A stretch of DNA of 64,000 bases from Alphaproteobacteria bacterium (GCA_036394195.1 DASWFO010000062.1:18514-82513), one strand, 5' to 3'. Numbered from the stretch's first letter, positions 1 to 9,230 are shown. Notes: a model not told the origin generated them from the sequence alone. A program made the numbers and translations.

Positions 1-64
1 ACACCGTCGCCATCAGGACCAGCAAGACATTGCGGCCCGACCAGCTGATGATCGAAGCGATCAT
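1..64 (-). CDS. cusA: RND heavy-metal efflux pump CusA/CzcA-like; only the first ~21 codons are inside the window
   Basis: The reverse complement of nt 1-64 reads MIASIISWSGRNVLLVLMATV. This matches the CusA N-terminus (MIEWIIRRSVANRFLVLM...). Its ATG overlaps the cusB stop as ATGA. Confidence 0.55.
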   Translation of the reverse strand, partial: MIASIISWSGRNVLLVLMATV

Positions 65-1548
65 GGGCGACCTCCGGCCGCGGGTGCGGCCGTCTCATTG
101 GGGGCCGCGAAGGCATTCAGGGCCGCTCGAAGGTTGCTTTCGGCATCGATCAGGAAGTTCGCGCTGACCACGACCTTCTCGCCCGGCTCGAGGCCTGCCA
201 GCACCGCGTAATAACCGTCGCCGTGCGCGCCGAGCTTCACCTCGCGCGGCTCGAACCGGCCCTCGCCGCGGTCGATCAACACCGTCTGCCTGGTGCCGCT
301 GTTGAGCACCGCCGATTCCGGCACCGCGAGCACCGGACCGGCGCCAACCGCGGCGTCGATCACCACATTGGCATACATGCCGGGCTTCAGCCGCCCGTCG
401 GGGTTCGCGATGACGACCCGCACCTTGCCGGTGCGCGTGTCCTGCATCACGGTCGGGTAGATGAAATCGACCGTCGCCGGAAAGGTCGCGCCGGGATAGG
501 CATTGACCGCGACCTTGGCCACCTGCCCTTCGCCCACGGCACCCAAGTCCTGCTCGAACACCTCGGCCATCAGCCACACGGTCGAGAGGTCGGCGATGCG
601 ATATAGAGGATCGCCCGCGGTGAAGCGCATGCCCTCGACGGCCGTCTTTTCCATCACCACGCCGTCGGCCGGCGAACGCAAGGTCAGCGTGCGCGCGATC
701 ACGTTGTCGCGCTGCAGGCGCCGGACCTGATCGTCCGAAATGTCCCAGTTCCGCAGGCGCTGCAGCGATGCGTCCGCGAGCTGCTTGGCCGACGCGCGGA
801 TGTCCTGGCCGGCGCCGGCCATGTCCTGCAGCGCGCGCCAGGCCAGCGCGTATTCCTGCTGCGCCACCACCAGCTCGGGCGCGTAGATCTCCATCAGCGG
901 CTGGCCGCGGCGCACGGTCTGCCCGGTCGCGTTCACGTGCAGCTTCTCGATCCAGCCGTCGAATTTCGTGTTGACGATGTACAGGCGGCGTTCGTCGGCC
1001 TGCACCGTGCCGACCGCCCGGATGGCACGTGCCAGATCGCGCATTTCGGCCGGCTCGCTGCGCACGCCGAGCGTCTGAACGCGCTCGCGGCTGATCCTGA
1101 CAACCGGTCCGTCATCCCCGGCCTCATCTTCGTAGACCGGGATGTATTCCATCCCCATCGAGTCCTTCTTCGGCACCGGCGAGGTGTCGGGCTGACCCAT
1201 CGGGTTCCGGTAATAGAGGACCCGTCCCTTGCCCGCCTTGATCTCCCTTCCTTGAGATGGTTGCGCCGACGCTTGTGGCGGCGGCGATGCGGGCTCGTCT
1301 TGGTCCTCGTAGACCGGGATGTAGTCCATCCCCATCGAATCCTTCTTCGGCACCGGCGAGTAGTCCGGCTTCCCCATCGGGTCCTTGTAGTAGAGGACAG
1401 TCCGCGGCGTGGCCTGGTTCACGGTCGATGGTGCGGCCATCGACATTGGTGCCTGCCGGCCCACCCAGTAACCGGCGCCCACGCCGACGATCAGCGCAAC
1501 GGCGGAAATGATCGCGACCGCGATCGATCTGACTCCCTGACTTTTCAT
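61..1548 (-). CDS. cusB: RND efflux membrane-fusion (periplasmic adaptor) protein, CusB-like, carrying a tandemly duplicated N-terminal metal-binding motif
   Basis: The 495-aa ORF has an N-terminal TM/signal segment. It contains two copies of VLYY(K/R)(D/N)PMG.PD.SPVPKKDSMGM(D/E)YIPVYED, the CusB N-terminal Met-rich Cu/Ag site. The remainder has HlyD/biotin-lipoyl-like and beta-barrel adaptor signatures, and it sits directly upstream of cusA. Confidence 0.85.
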   Translation of the reverse strand: MKSQGVRSIAVAIISAVALIVGVGAGYWVGRQAPMSMAAPSTVNQATPRTVLYYKDPMGKPDYSPVPKKDSMGMDYIPVYEDQDEPASPPPQASAQPSQGREIKAGKGRVLYYRNPMGQPDTSPVPKKDSMGMEYIPVYEDEAGDDGPVVRISRERVQTLGVRSEPAEMRDLARAIRAVGTVQADERRLYIVNTKFDGWIEKLHVNATGQTVRRGQPLMEIYAPELVVAQQEYALAWRALQDMAGAGQDIRASAKQLADASLQRLRNWDISDDQVRRLQRDNVIARTLTLRSPADGVVMEKTAVEGMRFTAGDPLYRIADLSTVWLMAEVFEQDLGAVGEGQVAKVAVNAYPGATFPATVDFIYPTVMQDTRTGKVRVVIANPDGRLKPGMYANVVIDAAVGAGPVLAVPESAVLNSGTRQTVLIDRGEGRFEPREVKLGAHGDGYYAVLAGLEPGEKVVVSANFLIDAESNLRAALNAFAAPNETAAPAAGGRP

Positions 1549-1653
1549 GTTTGCGAACTCCGAATCTTTGTCATGCGTCCGTTCGATCGCGCGCGATTTC
1601 AGTTGCGGCGCGGGCGGCCGCGCGTTGCGGCCGCCCGCGCCGGAGGCTAGTGG

Positions 1654-2046
1654 TCAGTTTTTCTGAATCGGAACCATCGCAACCGCAGGGCCGGATTCGC
1701 CCGGCACGGCGGCCTCTAGCCGGAGACTCCGGACCGCCTCTCGGGTGACGAGCCGATAGTTGCCCTGGCCGTCAGGAGTGAGCGGTGTCCGGCGCTGGAC
1801 GATGAAGTCGGCCTTGGGATTGGGATGCTCCAGCGTGCGGTAAAAGACCTGCGCGTTGGAGATCGGCTGGCCGGACGGATCGATCAGCCGCACCGTGATG
1901 ACTGAGCTTGCGCCGGTTTTCACGGGCGGCCCGACGATCTCGAACCTGTAGTCCGACGGCGCGGCGCTGGCCGGCCCGACGACTCCACCAATCAAAAGCG
2001 TTGCCAATGCGGTAGCCCTCAGGAGGGCGAAACGAGTGCTGGTCAT
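1654..2046 (-). CDS. Exported ~130-aa protein, FixH/YtkA-like beta-sandwich; paralog of the protein at 4128..4547
   Basis: I placed the start at an internal ATG (MTSTRFALLRATALATLLIGG..), which has a signal peptide. The DYRFE(I/L)(V/A)GPP motif is shared with 4128..4547. It lies inside the cus operon. Confidence 0.55.
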   Translation of the reverse strand: MTSTRFALLRATALATLLIGGVVGPASAAPSDYRFEIVGPPVKTGASSVITVRLIDPSGQPISNAQVFYRTLEHPNPKADFIVQRRTPLTPDGQGNYRLVTREAVRSLRLEAAVPGESGPAVAMVPIQKN

Positions 2047-2273
2047 GTTGTATGTCCTTGCCTTGGGGATCGGCTTTGGCCGCCGCGAGCAAGCGTGCGG
2101 CGTTCCGATCCACAGATGTCTTGGGATCTTCTCGACCGAACCTGATTTTCGGCTGTGCTCGGGCACGGACCTCAAACGAAGCGCGTGGTCACGATGACCA
2201 TTTGCGCCCGCAGGCAGATCGATACCGTCAGCGAGCCGACGGATCAGGAGACGGGCCGCTAAGGCCCGTCGGA

Positions 2274-2621
2274 TCACGCGGCGAGGATAGGAGGCGCCAG
2301 TTCCGGCTTGGGCGTCCGTCCGGCCATGTCGACGCCGACCAATTGGTAGCGCAACGCCGGGGGATCGACTTGCGCCGTCTGGATCGCCGACGGAAGGCCA
2401 AGGAGCTCGATGCAGCCTACGCTGTTCATGCACTGCTCCGACATGGCTTTGCACGGCATCGGCATGCTGGGACTGCCATCGCCCTTGGTTCCCGACGACT
2501 CTGTCGGACAGCCGGCAGAGGCAACACAAGTGCAGCCCAGAAACGAAAAGGAAAAGGCTGGCGTCAATCCGCCGAGGGCGATGCCCATCGCCAGGAGAAA
2601 AGCCAGGAAGCGCTTGTGCAT
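2274..2621 (-). CDS. Small exported Cys/Met-rich protein, a putative periplasmic Cu-binding accessory protein; paralog of 4727..5074
   Basis: It has a signal peptide (MHKRFLAFLLAMGIALGG). The motifs MPMPC, CMNSVGC and LGLPSAIQTA align with IPMPGC, CIVMC and ALPATATPFA in the 4727..5074 protein. It is in the same orientation, lying between the TolC-family gene and the FixH-like gene. Confidence 0.45.
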   Translation of the reverse strand: MHKRFLAFLLAMGIALGGLTPAFSFSFLGCTCVASAGCPTESSGTKGDGSPSMPMPCKAMSEQCMNSVGCIELLGLPSAIQTAQVDPPALRYQLVGVDMAGRTPKPELAPPILAA

Positions 2622-2857
2622 CGGATTGTCCATGACGCTTCTTCGAGTTGGGAGCGGGTGAGGTGACTATCAATCCCGCCCCCTGTTGGACACAGTGTCG
2701 TGAACGGGGCTGTGTCGCGGTGCAATAAATGTATGGTCAGTCCGTTTGAGCGCTTCGTAGGTCGCCCCCGACCAAACGCTCGACATCGCGATCGGGTTTC
2801 CCCCGCTCGAACGTCGCGCGCCGCGGCGTCCCCTGAACTGCATGAATGTCTTGAATG

Positions 2858-4126
2858 TCACAGCCGGTCTCCGATCGTCTTCTCGATGTCGGCCAGCAGC
2901 ATCCGCTCTTCGGCCTGCACTTTCAGCAATTCGAGGCGGACCTCCTGGACGCGGTGGGCCGCTTCCAGCACGGAAGTGAGGTCGCCGCGGCCGAGCTGAT
3001 AGCTGCTCAATGCCGAGCGGTATGCCGCGTCGGTCTGCGGCTGCAGGGTGGTCGTGAGCAGCGCTTCCGTCGTCTTGGCCGCGTCCAAGCCGGCCAGCGC
3101 ATCTTCGAGGTCGCCCTGGAGCTGAAGCAGCGACGCGTCGAGCCGCGAGCGCGCTGCTCCGGCACGTGCCGTGGCCTCACGCGCCTGGGCTTCGCGGAGT
3201 CCCCATTGCAACGGCACCTTGAGGCCGACTCCCGCATAGAGGCGTGGCCCGATATCGGGCAGGCTGCTCTGGCCAAGCGTCACGGTGACGTCGGGATACC
3301 AGCTCTTGTCGACCAGCCGGCGACTGTCTTCCGCCGCCGCGATCTCGGATGTGGCTTCGGCCAGCATCGGATTGTTCCGCCGGGCGCGGTCGACGAGGTT
3401 CGCAATGCGCAGCGCTTCGGCGCCAGGGAGCGGCGGCAACGCAATCGGATCGGTGAGCGGCGAGCCCGGCGCCCTGGCGAGCAACGCGTTGATGCGACCT
3501 TGCGCCGTCCGCTTCTCACGCTCCAGATTCGCGAAGTCGAGGTCGACCCGGCTGCGTTCGACCGCACTGCGGATGGCATCGGCCTGCTGGCCGAGGCCCT
3601 GCCCGTAACGCCGCTGCGCCGTCTCCGCGACGGCATGCAGGAGGGCATGCGTGTCGTGGGTCACCTCGACCGCATGCGTCGCCCGCCAATATTGAGCGAA
3701 CACGGTCTTGACCCGCGCATCGAGCTCCACGGCCGCCGAGAGCTGGCGGCTGCGCGCCCCCAGCGCCTCGGCATTGGCGATGCTGCGCGCGAGGCCGCGC
3801 TTGCCCCAGAGCGGGAACGCCTGCGAGACGGTGGTCAGCGTCTGACGAAACCCCTCGTCCCGCGACAGGTTCAGCATCGGGTCTTCCAGCGCCCCCGCCG
3901 CCGAGGCTTTGGCTGTGGCCGCGTCCGAATCGAGTGCCCGGGCCGCCAGGGTCGGGTTGAGGCGGCGCGCCAAGGCGAGCAGCTCGTCGACCGTCGCGCC
4001 CGGCGGCGGGCCGGCTTCGGCCGCATGCGCCGGCAGGGCGCTCATTGGGGTGGCGGCCAGCGCCGCTGCGATGCCGACGGCGCGGCCGAACCGCAAGGCC
4101 GCCGCGGCAAGCCGATGGGCGCGCAT
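2858..4126 (-). CDS. cusC: TolC-family outer membrane efflux factor (CusC-like)
   Basis: The 422-aa ORF has a signal peptide and the two-fold repeated alpha-helical/beta-barrel OEP pattern typical of the TolC/OprM family. It lies in an operon with cusBA. Confidence 0.8.
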   Translation of the reverse strand: MRAHRLAAAALRFGRAVGIAAALAATPMSALPAHAAEAGPPPGATVDELLALARRLNPTLAARALDSDAATAKASAAGALEDPMLNLSRDEGFRQTLTTVSQAFPLWGKRGLARSIANAEALGARSRQLSAAVELDARVKTVFAQYWRATHAVEVTHDTHALLHAVAETAQRRYGQGLGQQADAIRSAVERSRVDLDFANLEREKRTAQGRINALLARAPGSPLTDPIALPPLPGAEALRIANLVDRARRNNPMLAEATSEIAAAEDSRRLVDKSWYPDVTVTLGQSSLPDIGPRLYAGVGLKVPLQWGLREAQAREATARAGAARSRLDASLLQLQGDLEDALAGLDAAKTTEALLTTTLQPQTDAAYRSALSSYQLGRGDLTSVLEAAHRVQEVRLELLKVQAEERMLLADIEKTIGDRL

Positions 4127-4127
4127 G

Positions 4128-4547
4128 TCACTTCGGGACCGGAACGGTGACGGTGCCGCGCACCGCCTGCGGCTCGCCTTGCACCCGCGCCGACAGGGTC
4201 AGCCCCCAATTGCCCGGCATCGAGGGCTGCGCCTCGAACCGATACACGCCGGGCTCGGTCGCGGGGAGCGCCTTCACGGACCCGCCCATCTCCGCCATGC
4301 CGTCCGGACCCATGTCGAATTTGCTCTGAACGATGACGGCCCCGGGAACGGGCTTGCCGTCCGGAACATGGACTAGGCGGACGTTCACGAGCGTCGCGTG
4401 CGCCAACTTGGCCGGCGGACCGGCGAGCTCGAAGCGGTAGTCCTGCGGGGCGGCCATCGCCGGCACAAAGGGCAGCGCCAGAAGTGCTGCGAGAACGGCG
4501 TAGCGGCACCGAGCGGCCGCGCTCCGGCCGCGAATAACAACGGACAT
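4128..4547 (-). CDS. Exported FixH/YtkA-like protein; second paralog
   Basis: The start is at MSVVIRGRSAAARCRYAVLAALLALPFVPAMAAP, which is a signal peptide. It shares the QDYRFELAGPP motif and overall ~35-40% identity with 1654..2046. Confidence 0.55.
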   Translation of the reverse strand: MSVVIRGRSAAARCRYAVLAALLALPFVPAMAAPQDYRFELAGPPAKLAHATLVNVRLVHVPDGKPVPGAVIVQSKFDMGPDGMAEMGGSVKALPATEPGVYRFEAQPSMPGNWGLTLSARVQGEPQAVRGTVTVPVPK

Positions 4548-4726
4548 GTCTCTTCTCCTGGATCGCGTTGACGGACTCGGAACGGCGCCGTACGAGCGGC
4601 ATCGTCCGAGCAGCCCCGCGGTGGTTCCGGCCATGCCGCTAAAAAGCGGCGCGGCCCGAACTTCGGCGGGCTTTAAGCGGAATTGCTCAGCTCAGCGCCC
4701 TGCCGCACGGCAAGGGGCTGTGCCGG

Positions 4727-5074
4727 TCAAACGCGCGATCGCGGAGGAGAAGGATCGGGAGAAACGGTGACGCCGGCCAGCGCCCGACTGGAGGTCCAGT
4801 AGCCAACATCGGCCCAGACGATCTCGGTGGCAAACGGCGTGGCCGTGGCGGGCAGAGCGCACATGACGATGCAGCTGAGGTCGCCGCTACAACCGGGCAT
4901 CGGTATCGTCTTCGACGATCCGTCAGAATGCCCGGCCATGTCCATGTCCGTGCCCATCATCATGGCGCAGGGCTGCGCCGCCGCAGCCCGCCCGGGGAAC
5001 AACGGCCCCAGCGCCGCCGCTACAAAGGCCAGCAACGTGAGGAGCGCCATGACGCGGGTCCGGAGGGACGCCAT
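4727..5074 (-). CDS. Small exported Met/Cys-rich protein (CAMMMGTDMDMAGH...); second copy of the putative Cu-binding accessory protein
   Basis: An internal ATG at 5074 gives a signal peptide (MASLRTRVMALLTLLAFVAAALG). The Met/Cys clusters are paralogous to 2274..2621. The longer ORF in the track is an unsupported upstream extension. Confidence 0.4.
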   Translation of the reverse strand: MASLRTRVMALLTLLAFVAAALGPLFPGRAAAAQPCAMMMGTDMDMAGHSDGSSKTIPMPGCSGDLSCIVMCALPATATPFATEIVWADVGYWTSSRALAGVTVSPDPSPPRSRV

Positions 5075-5169
5075 GAGCGGGAAGTTAAGCTCCTTCGGGC
5101 GATTTGGGAAGGTCCGGGGTACTCCCGCCCGCTCACGTCCATGTGACCCAGGCCATACCCAACAATGAT

Positions 5170-5640
5170 TCCCGTAACCCACGTCATGTCGCGAACATAC
5201 CCGGGAGCCGGAAAAACAGCCGCGCGGCTCGTCTCTGGTATCCGTCATGCCGGACTTGATCCGGCATCCATCGCGACGCTGCACATGCGCTGCGCCGCCG
5301 CGAAACGTCGGCGGGCGCGCAGAAGACTTGGGGACCCCGCATCTCGGCGTCGGGCAAAAGCCCGAGCGCCTGGTGCGGGGTGACGAGTGGGGTAGTGGCA
5401 GCGGTCGAGAGAACGTCACTCTGACCCTGATTTAACCACGTCATGTCGCGAACATGCCCGGGAGCGGGAAAAACAGCCGCGTGGCTCGTCTCTTATCCGT
5501 CATGCCGGACTTGATCCGGCATCCATCGCGACGCTGCACCATGGACCCCGCATCAAGTGCGGGGTGACGAGTGGGATAGCGGCAGCGGTCGAGAGAACAT
5601 GACTCTGACCCCGATTTAACCCGATTTAACGGGCATGACG
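5170..5640 (+). repeat. Two tandem copies of a ~200-270 bp REP/MITE-like element (family A)
   Basis: Both copies share a core of ccgtcatgccggacttgatccggcatccatcgcgacgctgca ... ggggtgacgagtgggRtagYggcagcggtcgagagaac. The first copy carries an ~85-bp internal hairpin insertion. A third copy is at 8975..9230. Confidence 0.8.
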
Positions 5641-5686
5641 ATATAGAGAGCGGTTCGACCTAATCGGAATCCGCTAAGACGCGTGG

Positions 5687-6238
5687 CTATTGATGGCGGT
5701 GATCGTGGCCGCCCGCCGAGGCACCATCGGCATACCCGCGCAGCGCGTCGTAGCGGGCGATCTGGTCGGCGGTCAGCACGTCGCGCGTTTCCAGATGCGC
5801 GGCGAGGTGGACGGCGCGCAGCCGGCCCTGGATCTCGGCGATCGCGGCGGTCGCGGCCGCGAGCCGATCGCGCGTGATCCGGCCGGTGGCGAAGTCCTGG
5901 TCGAGCGCTTGCTCCCGCTCCACAAGCTCGGCGCCGAGCGGCTTCGCGGCAGCGCTCATGCGCGCGAAGCTGGCCTGGATCGCGCCGAGCTGGTCTGCCG
6001 TGAGCGCGAGGTGGTCGCGGAGCTCCAGCGCGTGTGCCGGGCCGGGGTAGTGGTTGAGCTCGCCCGCCCGCGCCATGCCGAGGCCGCGCCCGGCCAGGAG
6101 ATCGGCAACCTCGTCGTCGGACAGCGTCTTGATGGCGCGGTCCTGCTGGCCGGCATACGGCGACGCGGCATCGGCCGGGCGTGACAGCTGACCGGCCAAC
6201 AGGACGGCCAGTGCGAGAAAGACCACCCGAAGAGTCAT
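5687..6238 (-). CDS. Periplasmic LTXXQ-motif protein (Spy/CpxP/ZraP family) with a His-rich C-terminus
   Basis: It has a signal peptide (MTLRVVFLALAVLLAGQLSRPADA) and two LTADQ motifs. The C-terminal tail is GGHDHRHQ. A strong SD (AAGGAGG) lies 7 nt upstream of ATG 6238, and the copA stop overlaps that RBS region. Confidence 0.7.
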   Translation of the reverse strand: MTLRVVFLALAVLLAGQLSRPADAASPYAGQQDRAIKTLSDDEVADLLAGRGLGMARAGELNHYPGPAHALELRDHLALTADQLGAIQASFARMSAAAKPLGAELVEREQALDQDFATGRITRDRLAAATAAIAEIQGRLRAVHLAAHLETRDVLTADQIARYDALRGYADGASAGGHDHRHQ

Positions 6239-6249
6239 CGATTCCTCCT

Positions 6250-8607
6250 TCACAGCGAAACCCGGCGGAGCCGGAGCGCGTTGGTGATGACGCTGACCGA
6301 GCTCAGCGACATCGCCGCGGCGGCGAAGACCGGGCTCAGCAGCAGGCCGAAGACCGGATACAGCACGCCGGCCGCGATCGGCACGCCGGCGGCATTGTAG
6401 ACGAAGGCGAAGAACAGGTTCTGCCGGATGTTGCGCATGGTCGCCGCCGAGAGCCGGCGCGCCCGGACGATGCCGGTGAGGTCGCCCTTGACCAGCGTGA
6501 CGCCGGCGCTCTCGATGGCGACGTCGGTGCCCGTCCCCATGGCGATGCCGACATCGGCGGCCGCCAGCGCCGGCGCGTCGTTCACGCCGTCGCCGGCCAT
6601 GGCCACCACCCGGCCCTGCTCGCGCAGCCTGAGCACGACTTTGGCCTTGTCCTCGGGCAGGACGTCCGCGGCGACGTCGTCGAGGCCGAGCTTGCGGGCC
6701 ACGGCCTCCGCCGTGGTTCGGTTGTCGCCGGTGAGCATGACGATCCGCACCCCCTCGGCCTTCAGCGCCCGCACCGCCTCCGGTGACGTCGCCTTGATCG
6801 GATCGGCGATGGCGATGACGCCTGCCGCCTCGCCCCCCACGGCCATGAAGATGACCGTAGCGCCGTCGCGGCGCAGCTCGTCCGCGCGCGCCTCGAGGCC
6901 GCGTGCATCCAGCCTAAGCTCCGCGAAGAGCTTCAGATTGCCGAGCGCCACACGCTGTCCGTCGACGGTTCCGACGACGCCCTTGCCGGTCGGCGAGTCG
7001 AAATCCCGCGTCTCGGCCAGAGCCAGGCCGCGCTCGCGCGCCGCGGCGACGACGGCGGCGGCGAGCGGATGCTCGCTGCCGCGCTCGAGGCTGGCGGCCA
7101 GACGCAGCAGCTCCCGCTCGTCGAAGCGTCCGGCGGGCACCACGGCGACGACCCTGGGCTTGCCCTCGGTCAAGGTCCCGGTCTTGTCGACCACCAGCGT
7201 GTCGACGCTCTCGAAGCGCTCCAGCGCCTGCGCGTTCTTGATCAGCACGCCGGCCGCCGCACCCCGACCCATCCCGACCATGATCGACATCGGCGTGGCG
7301 AGGCCAAGCGCACACGGACAGGCGATGATCAGCACCGCGACCGCCGCGACCAGCCCATACCCATACGCCGGCGGCGGGCCCCAGATCGCCCAGCCGACGA
7401 AGGCGAGGACGGCGATCGCGATCACCGCCGGCACGAAATACGCCGCCACCTTGTCCGCCAGGCGCTGGATGGGTGCCCGGCTGCGCTGCGCTTCGGCGAC
7501 CAGGCGGACGATCCGCGCCAGCATGGTGTCCGTGCCGACTTTCTCGGCGCGCATCACGAAACTGCCGGTCTGATTCAGCGTCCCGCCAATGACCTTCGCA
7601 CCCGGCTCCTTCATCACCGGCATCGATTCGCCGGTGACCATCGACTCATCGACGGCGCTGCGGCCCTCGATCACCTGGCCGTCGACCGGCACTTTCTCGC
7701 CGGGACGAACGCGCAGCCGATCGCCGACCCCGACCGCGTCGAGAGAAATCTCCTCGTCCTGTCCGGCGCCCGTCACCCGGCGCGCGATCTTCGGCGCCAG
7801 ATCGAGCAGCGCCCGGATGGCACCGCCGGTGGCTTCGCGGGCGCGCAGCTCCAGAACCTGCCCGACCAGGACAAGCACGGTGATCACCGACGCCGCCTCG
7901 AAATACACCGGCGTCTCGCCGTGTGGCCCGCGGAAGGCCGGCGGGAACAAATCGGGGGCCAGCGTCGCCACGACGCTGTAGAGCCAGGCGACGCCCGTTC
8001 CCATCGCGATCAGGGTGAACATGTTGAGGTTGCGCGACACCAGGGACGCCCAGCCGCGGACGAAAAATGGCCAGCCCGCCCACAGCACGACCGGCGTTGC
8101 GAGCACCAGCTGCAGCCAGTCGGACAGCGCCGGCGCGATCAGACGGTGGAGATCGAACAGGTGGCCGCCCATCTCGAGCCCCACCACCGGCACGCTCAGC
8201 CCGAGGCCGACCCAGAGCCGGCGCCGCATGTCGACGAGTTCGGGATTGGGCCCGGTCTCGGCGGTCACGTCGGCGGGCTCCAGCGCCATGCCGCAGATCG
8301 GACATGAGCCGGGACCGACCTGACGTATCTCGGGGTGCATCGGACAGGTGTAAATCGTGCCCGCTGGTGCCGCGGGAGCGACGGGTGCGGGGCTGACGTA
8401 ACGCTGCGGATAGGCTTCGAACTTCTCGCGGCAGCGCGGGTTACAGAAGAAATAGGTGACACCGCCATGCGAGGCCTTGTGCTTGGCGGTGGCGGGATTC
8501 ACGGTCATCCCGCAGACCGGATCCTTCGCCAAGGCCGGCGCCGGTTCATGCGCGTGATGGGCGCCATGGCCGCAATTGTGATCGTGACTGTGAAGGTGGT
8601 CCGACAT
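6250..8607 (-). CDS. copA: Copper-translocating P1B-type ATPase
   Basis: The conserved DKTGT, CPC (TM6), TGDN and GDGVNDAP motifs are present. The N-terminus is His-rich, followed by a YHS/TRASH-like CGMTV...C..C domain and a YTCPMHPEI...CPICGM domain. I placed the start at the internal ATG ([10 protein letters not shown]); the upstream extension overlaps csoR on the opposite strand. Confidence 0.9.
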   Translation of the reverse strand: MSDHLHSHDHNCGHGAHHAHEPAPALAKDPVCGMTVNPATAKHKASHGGVTYFFCNPRCREKFEAYPQRYVSPAPVAPAAPAGTIYTCPMHPEIRQVGPGSCPICGMALEPADVTAETGPNPELVDMRRRLWVGLGLSVPVVGLEMGGHLFDLHRLIAPALSDWLQLVLATPVVLWAGWPFFVRGWASLVSRNLNMFTLIAMGTGVAWLYSVVATLAPDLFPPAFRGPHGETPVYFEAASVITVLVLVGQVLELRAREATGGAIRALLDLAPKIARRVTGAGQDEEISLDAVGVGDRLRVRPGEKVPVDGQVIEGRSAVDESMVTGESMPVMKEPGAKVIGGTLNQTGSFVMRAEKVGTDTMLARIVRLVAEAQRSRAPIQRLADKVAAYFVPAVIAIAVLAFVGWAIWGPPPAYGYGLVAAVAVLIIACPCALGLATPMSIMVGMGRGAAAGVLIKNAQALERFESVDTLVVDKTGTLTEGKPRVVAVVPAGRFDERELLRLAASLERGSEHPLAAAVVAAARERGLALAETRDFDSPTGKGVVGTVDGQRVALGNLKLFAELRLDARGLEARADELRRDGATVIFMAVGGEAAGVIAIADPIKATSPEAVRALKAEGVRIVMLTGDNRTTAEAVARKLGLDDVAADVLPEDKAKVVLRLREQGRVVAMAGDGVNDAPALAAADVGIAMGTGTDVAIESAGVTLVKGDLTGIVRARRLSAATMRNIRQNLFFAFVYNAAGVPIAAGVLYPVFGLLLSPVFAAAAMSLSSVSVITNALRLRRVSL

Positions 8608-8628
8608 GGAACAGCGCCCTTGAACTGG

Positions 8629-8645
8629 ATACCCCCTAGGGGTAT
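8629..8645. promoter_or_regulatory. Candidate CsoR operator: near-perfect GC-rich palindrome ATACCCCCTAGGGGTAT between the divergent copA and csoR starts
   Basis: The 17-bp inverted repeat is centred on CTAG. It lies 21 nt upstream of the copA ATG and 10 nt upstream of the csoR ATG. It resembles known CsoR operators (TACCC-N-GGGTA type). Confidence 0.5.
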
Positions 8646-8655
8646 ATTTAGACCC

Positions 8656-8925
8656 ATGCGAAGCGAAGTCAAGGATGCCTGTGTATCGCGCCTGCGCCGC
8701 ATCGAGGGGCAGGTGCGCGGTCTCGTCCGCATGGTCGAGGACGACCGCTACTGCATCGACGTCATCACCCAGGTCCAGGCCGTGCGCGCGGCTCTGAAGC
8801 GGGTCGAGGAAGAGGTGCTGAAGGACCACGTCGCGCATTGTGTCGAACACGCCATCCAGAGCGGCGACGCCAAGGAGCAGCGGAAGAAGGTGGCCGAGCT
8901 CATGGACGTGCTCGGCAAGGTCTGA
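8656..8925 (+). CDS. csoR: CsoR/RcnR-family copper-sensing transcriptional repressor
   Basis: The 89-aa ORF contains [25 protein letters not shown]...H..C, i.e. the Cys-His-Cys Cu(I) ligands and the W-X-Y-Z fingerprint. Confidence 0.85.
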   Translation: MRSEVKDACVSRLRRIEGQVRGLVRMVEDDRYCIDVITQVQAVRAALKRVEEEVLKDHVAHCVEHAIQSGDAKEQRKKVAELMDVLGKV

Positions 8926-8974
8926 GAGCGGTTCCCCGGACTCGTTCACCACGGAGACACGGAGATCACGGAGA

Positions 8975-9230
8975 AAGAGAAGAGAGCCGCGCGGCTCGTC
9001 TCTTATCCGTCATGCCGGACTCGATCCGGCATCCCCAAATCTTCTACGCGCCCGCCGGCGCCCAATCTCCTGCAGGAGGCGAAGCCCCCTGCGACCCCGG
9101 GCGGCGGCGCAGCGCAAGGCGACGCTGCACCATGGACCCCGCATCTCGGCGTCGGGCAAAGCCCGAGCGCCTGGTGCGGGGTGACGAGTAGGATAGTGGC
9201 AGCGGTCGCGAGAAAGTGATGCCCCGATTT
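8975..9230 (+). repeat. Third copy of REP/MITE-like family A, same orientation as the copies at 5170..5640
   Basis: It shares gctcgtctcttatccgtcatgccggacYYgatccggcatcc and ...cgcatctcggcgtcgggcaaagcccgagcgcctggtgcggggtgacgagtaggatagtggcagcggtcg with the 5170..5640 copies. Confidence 0.8.

Noticed and set aside
937-1650. Long plus-strand ORFs antisense to real genes, for example 937..1650, 2855..4150, 7069..8307, 18771..20354, 21582..24254, 26957..28429 and 48066..50549. The minus-strand ORF 51526..53355 is the same kind of artefact.
   Set aside because: All are extremely Arg/Gly/Pro/His/Asp-rich, as expected when reading a 65% GC coding strand in the wrong frame or antisense. Each overlaps a well-supported conserved gene on the opposite strand. 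They have no motifs.
5165-5435. Short ORFs inside the REP elements (e.g. 5165..5383, 8840..9184, 9044..9238)
   Set aside because: They are generated by the repeat sequence itself. The same false peptides (…VMPGLDPGIH…) recur wherever the element occurs.
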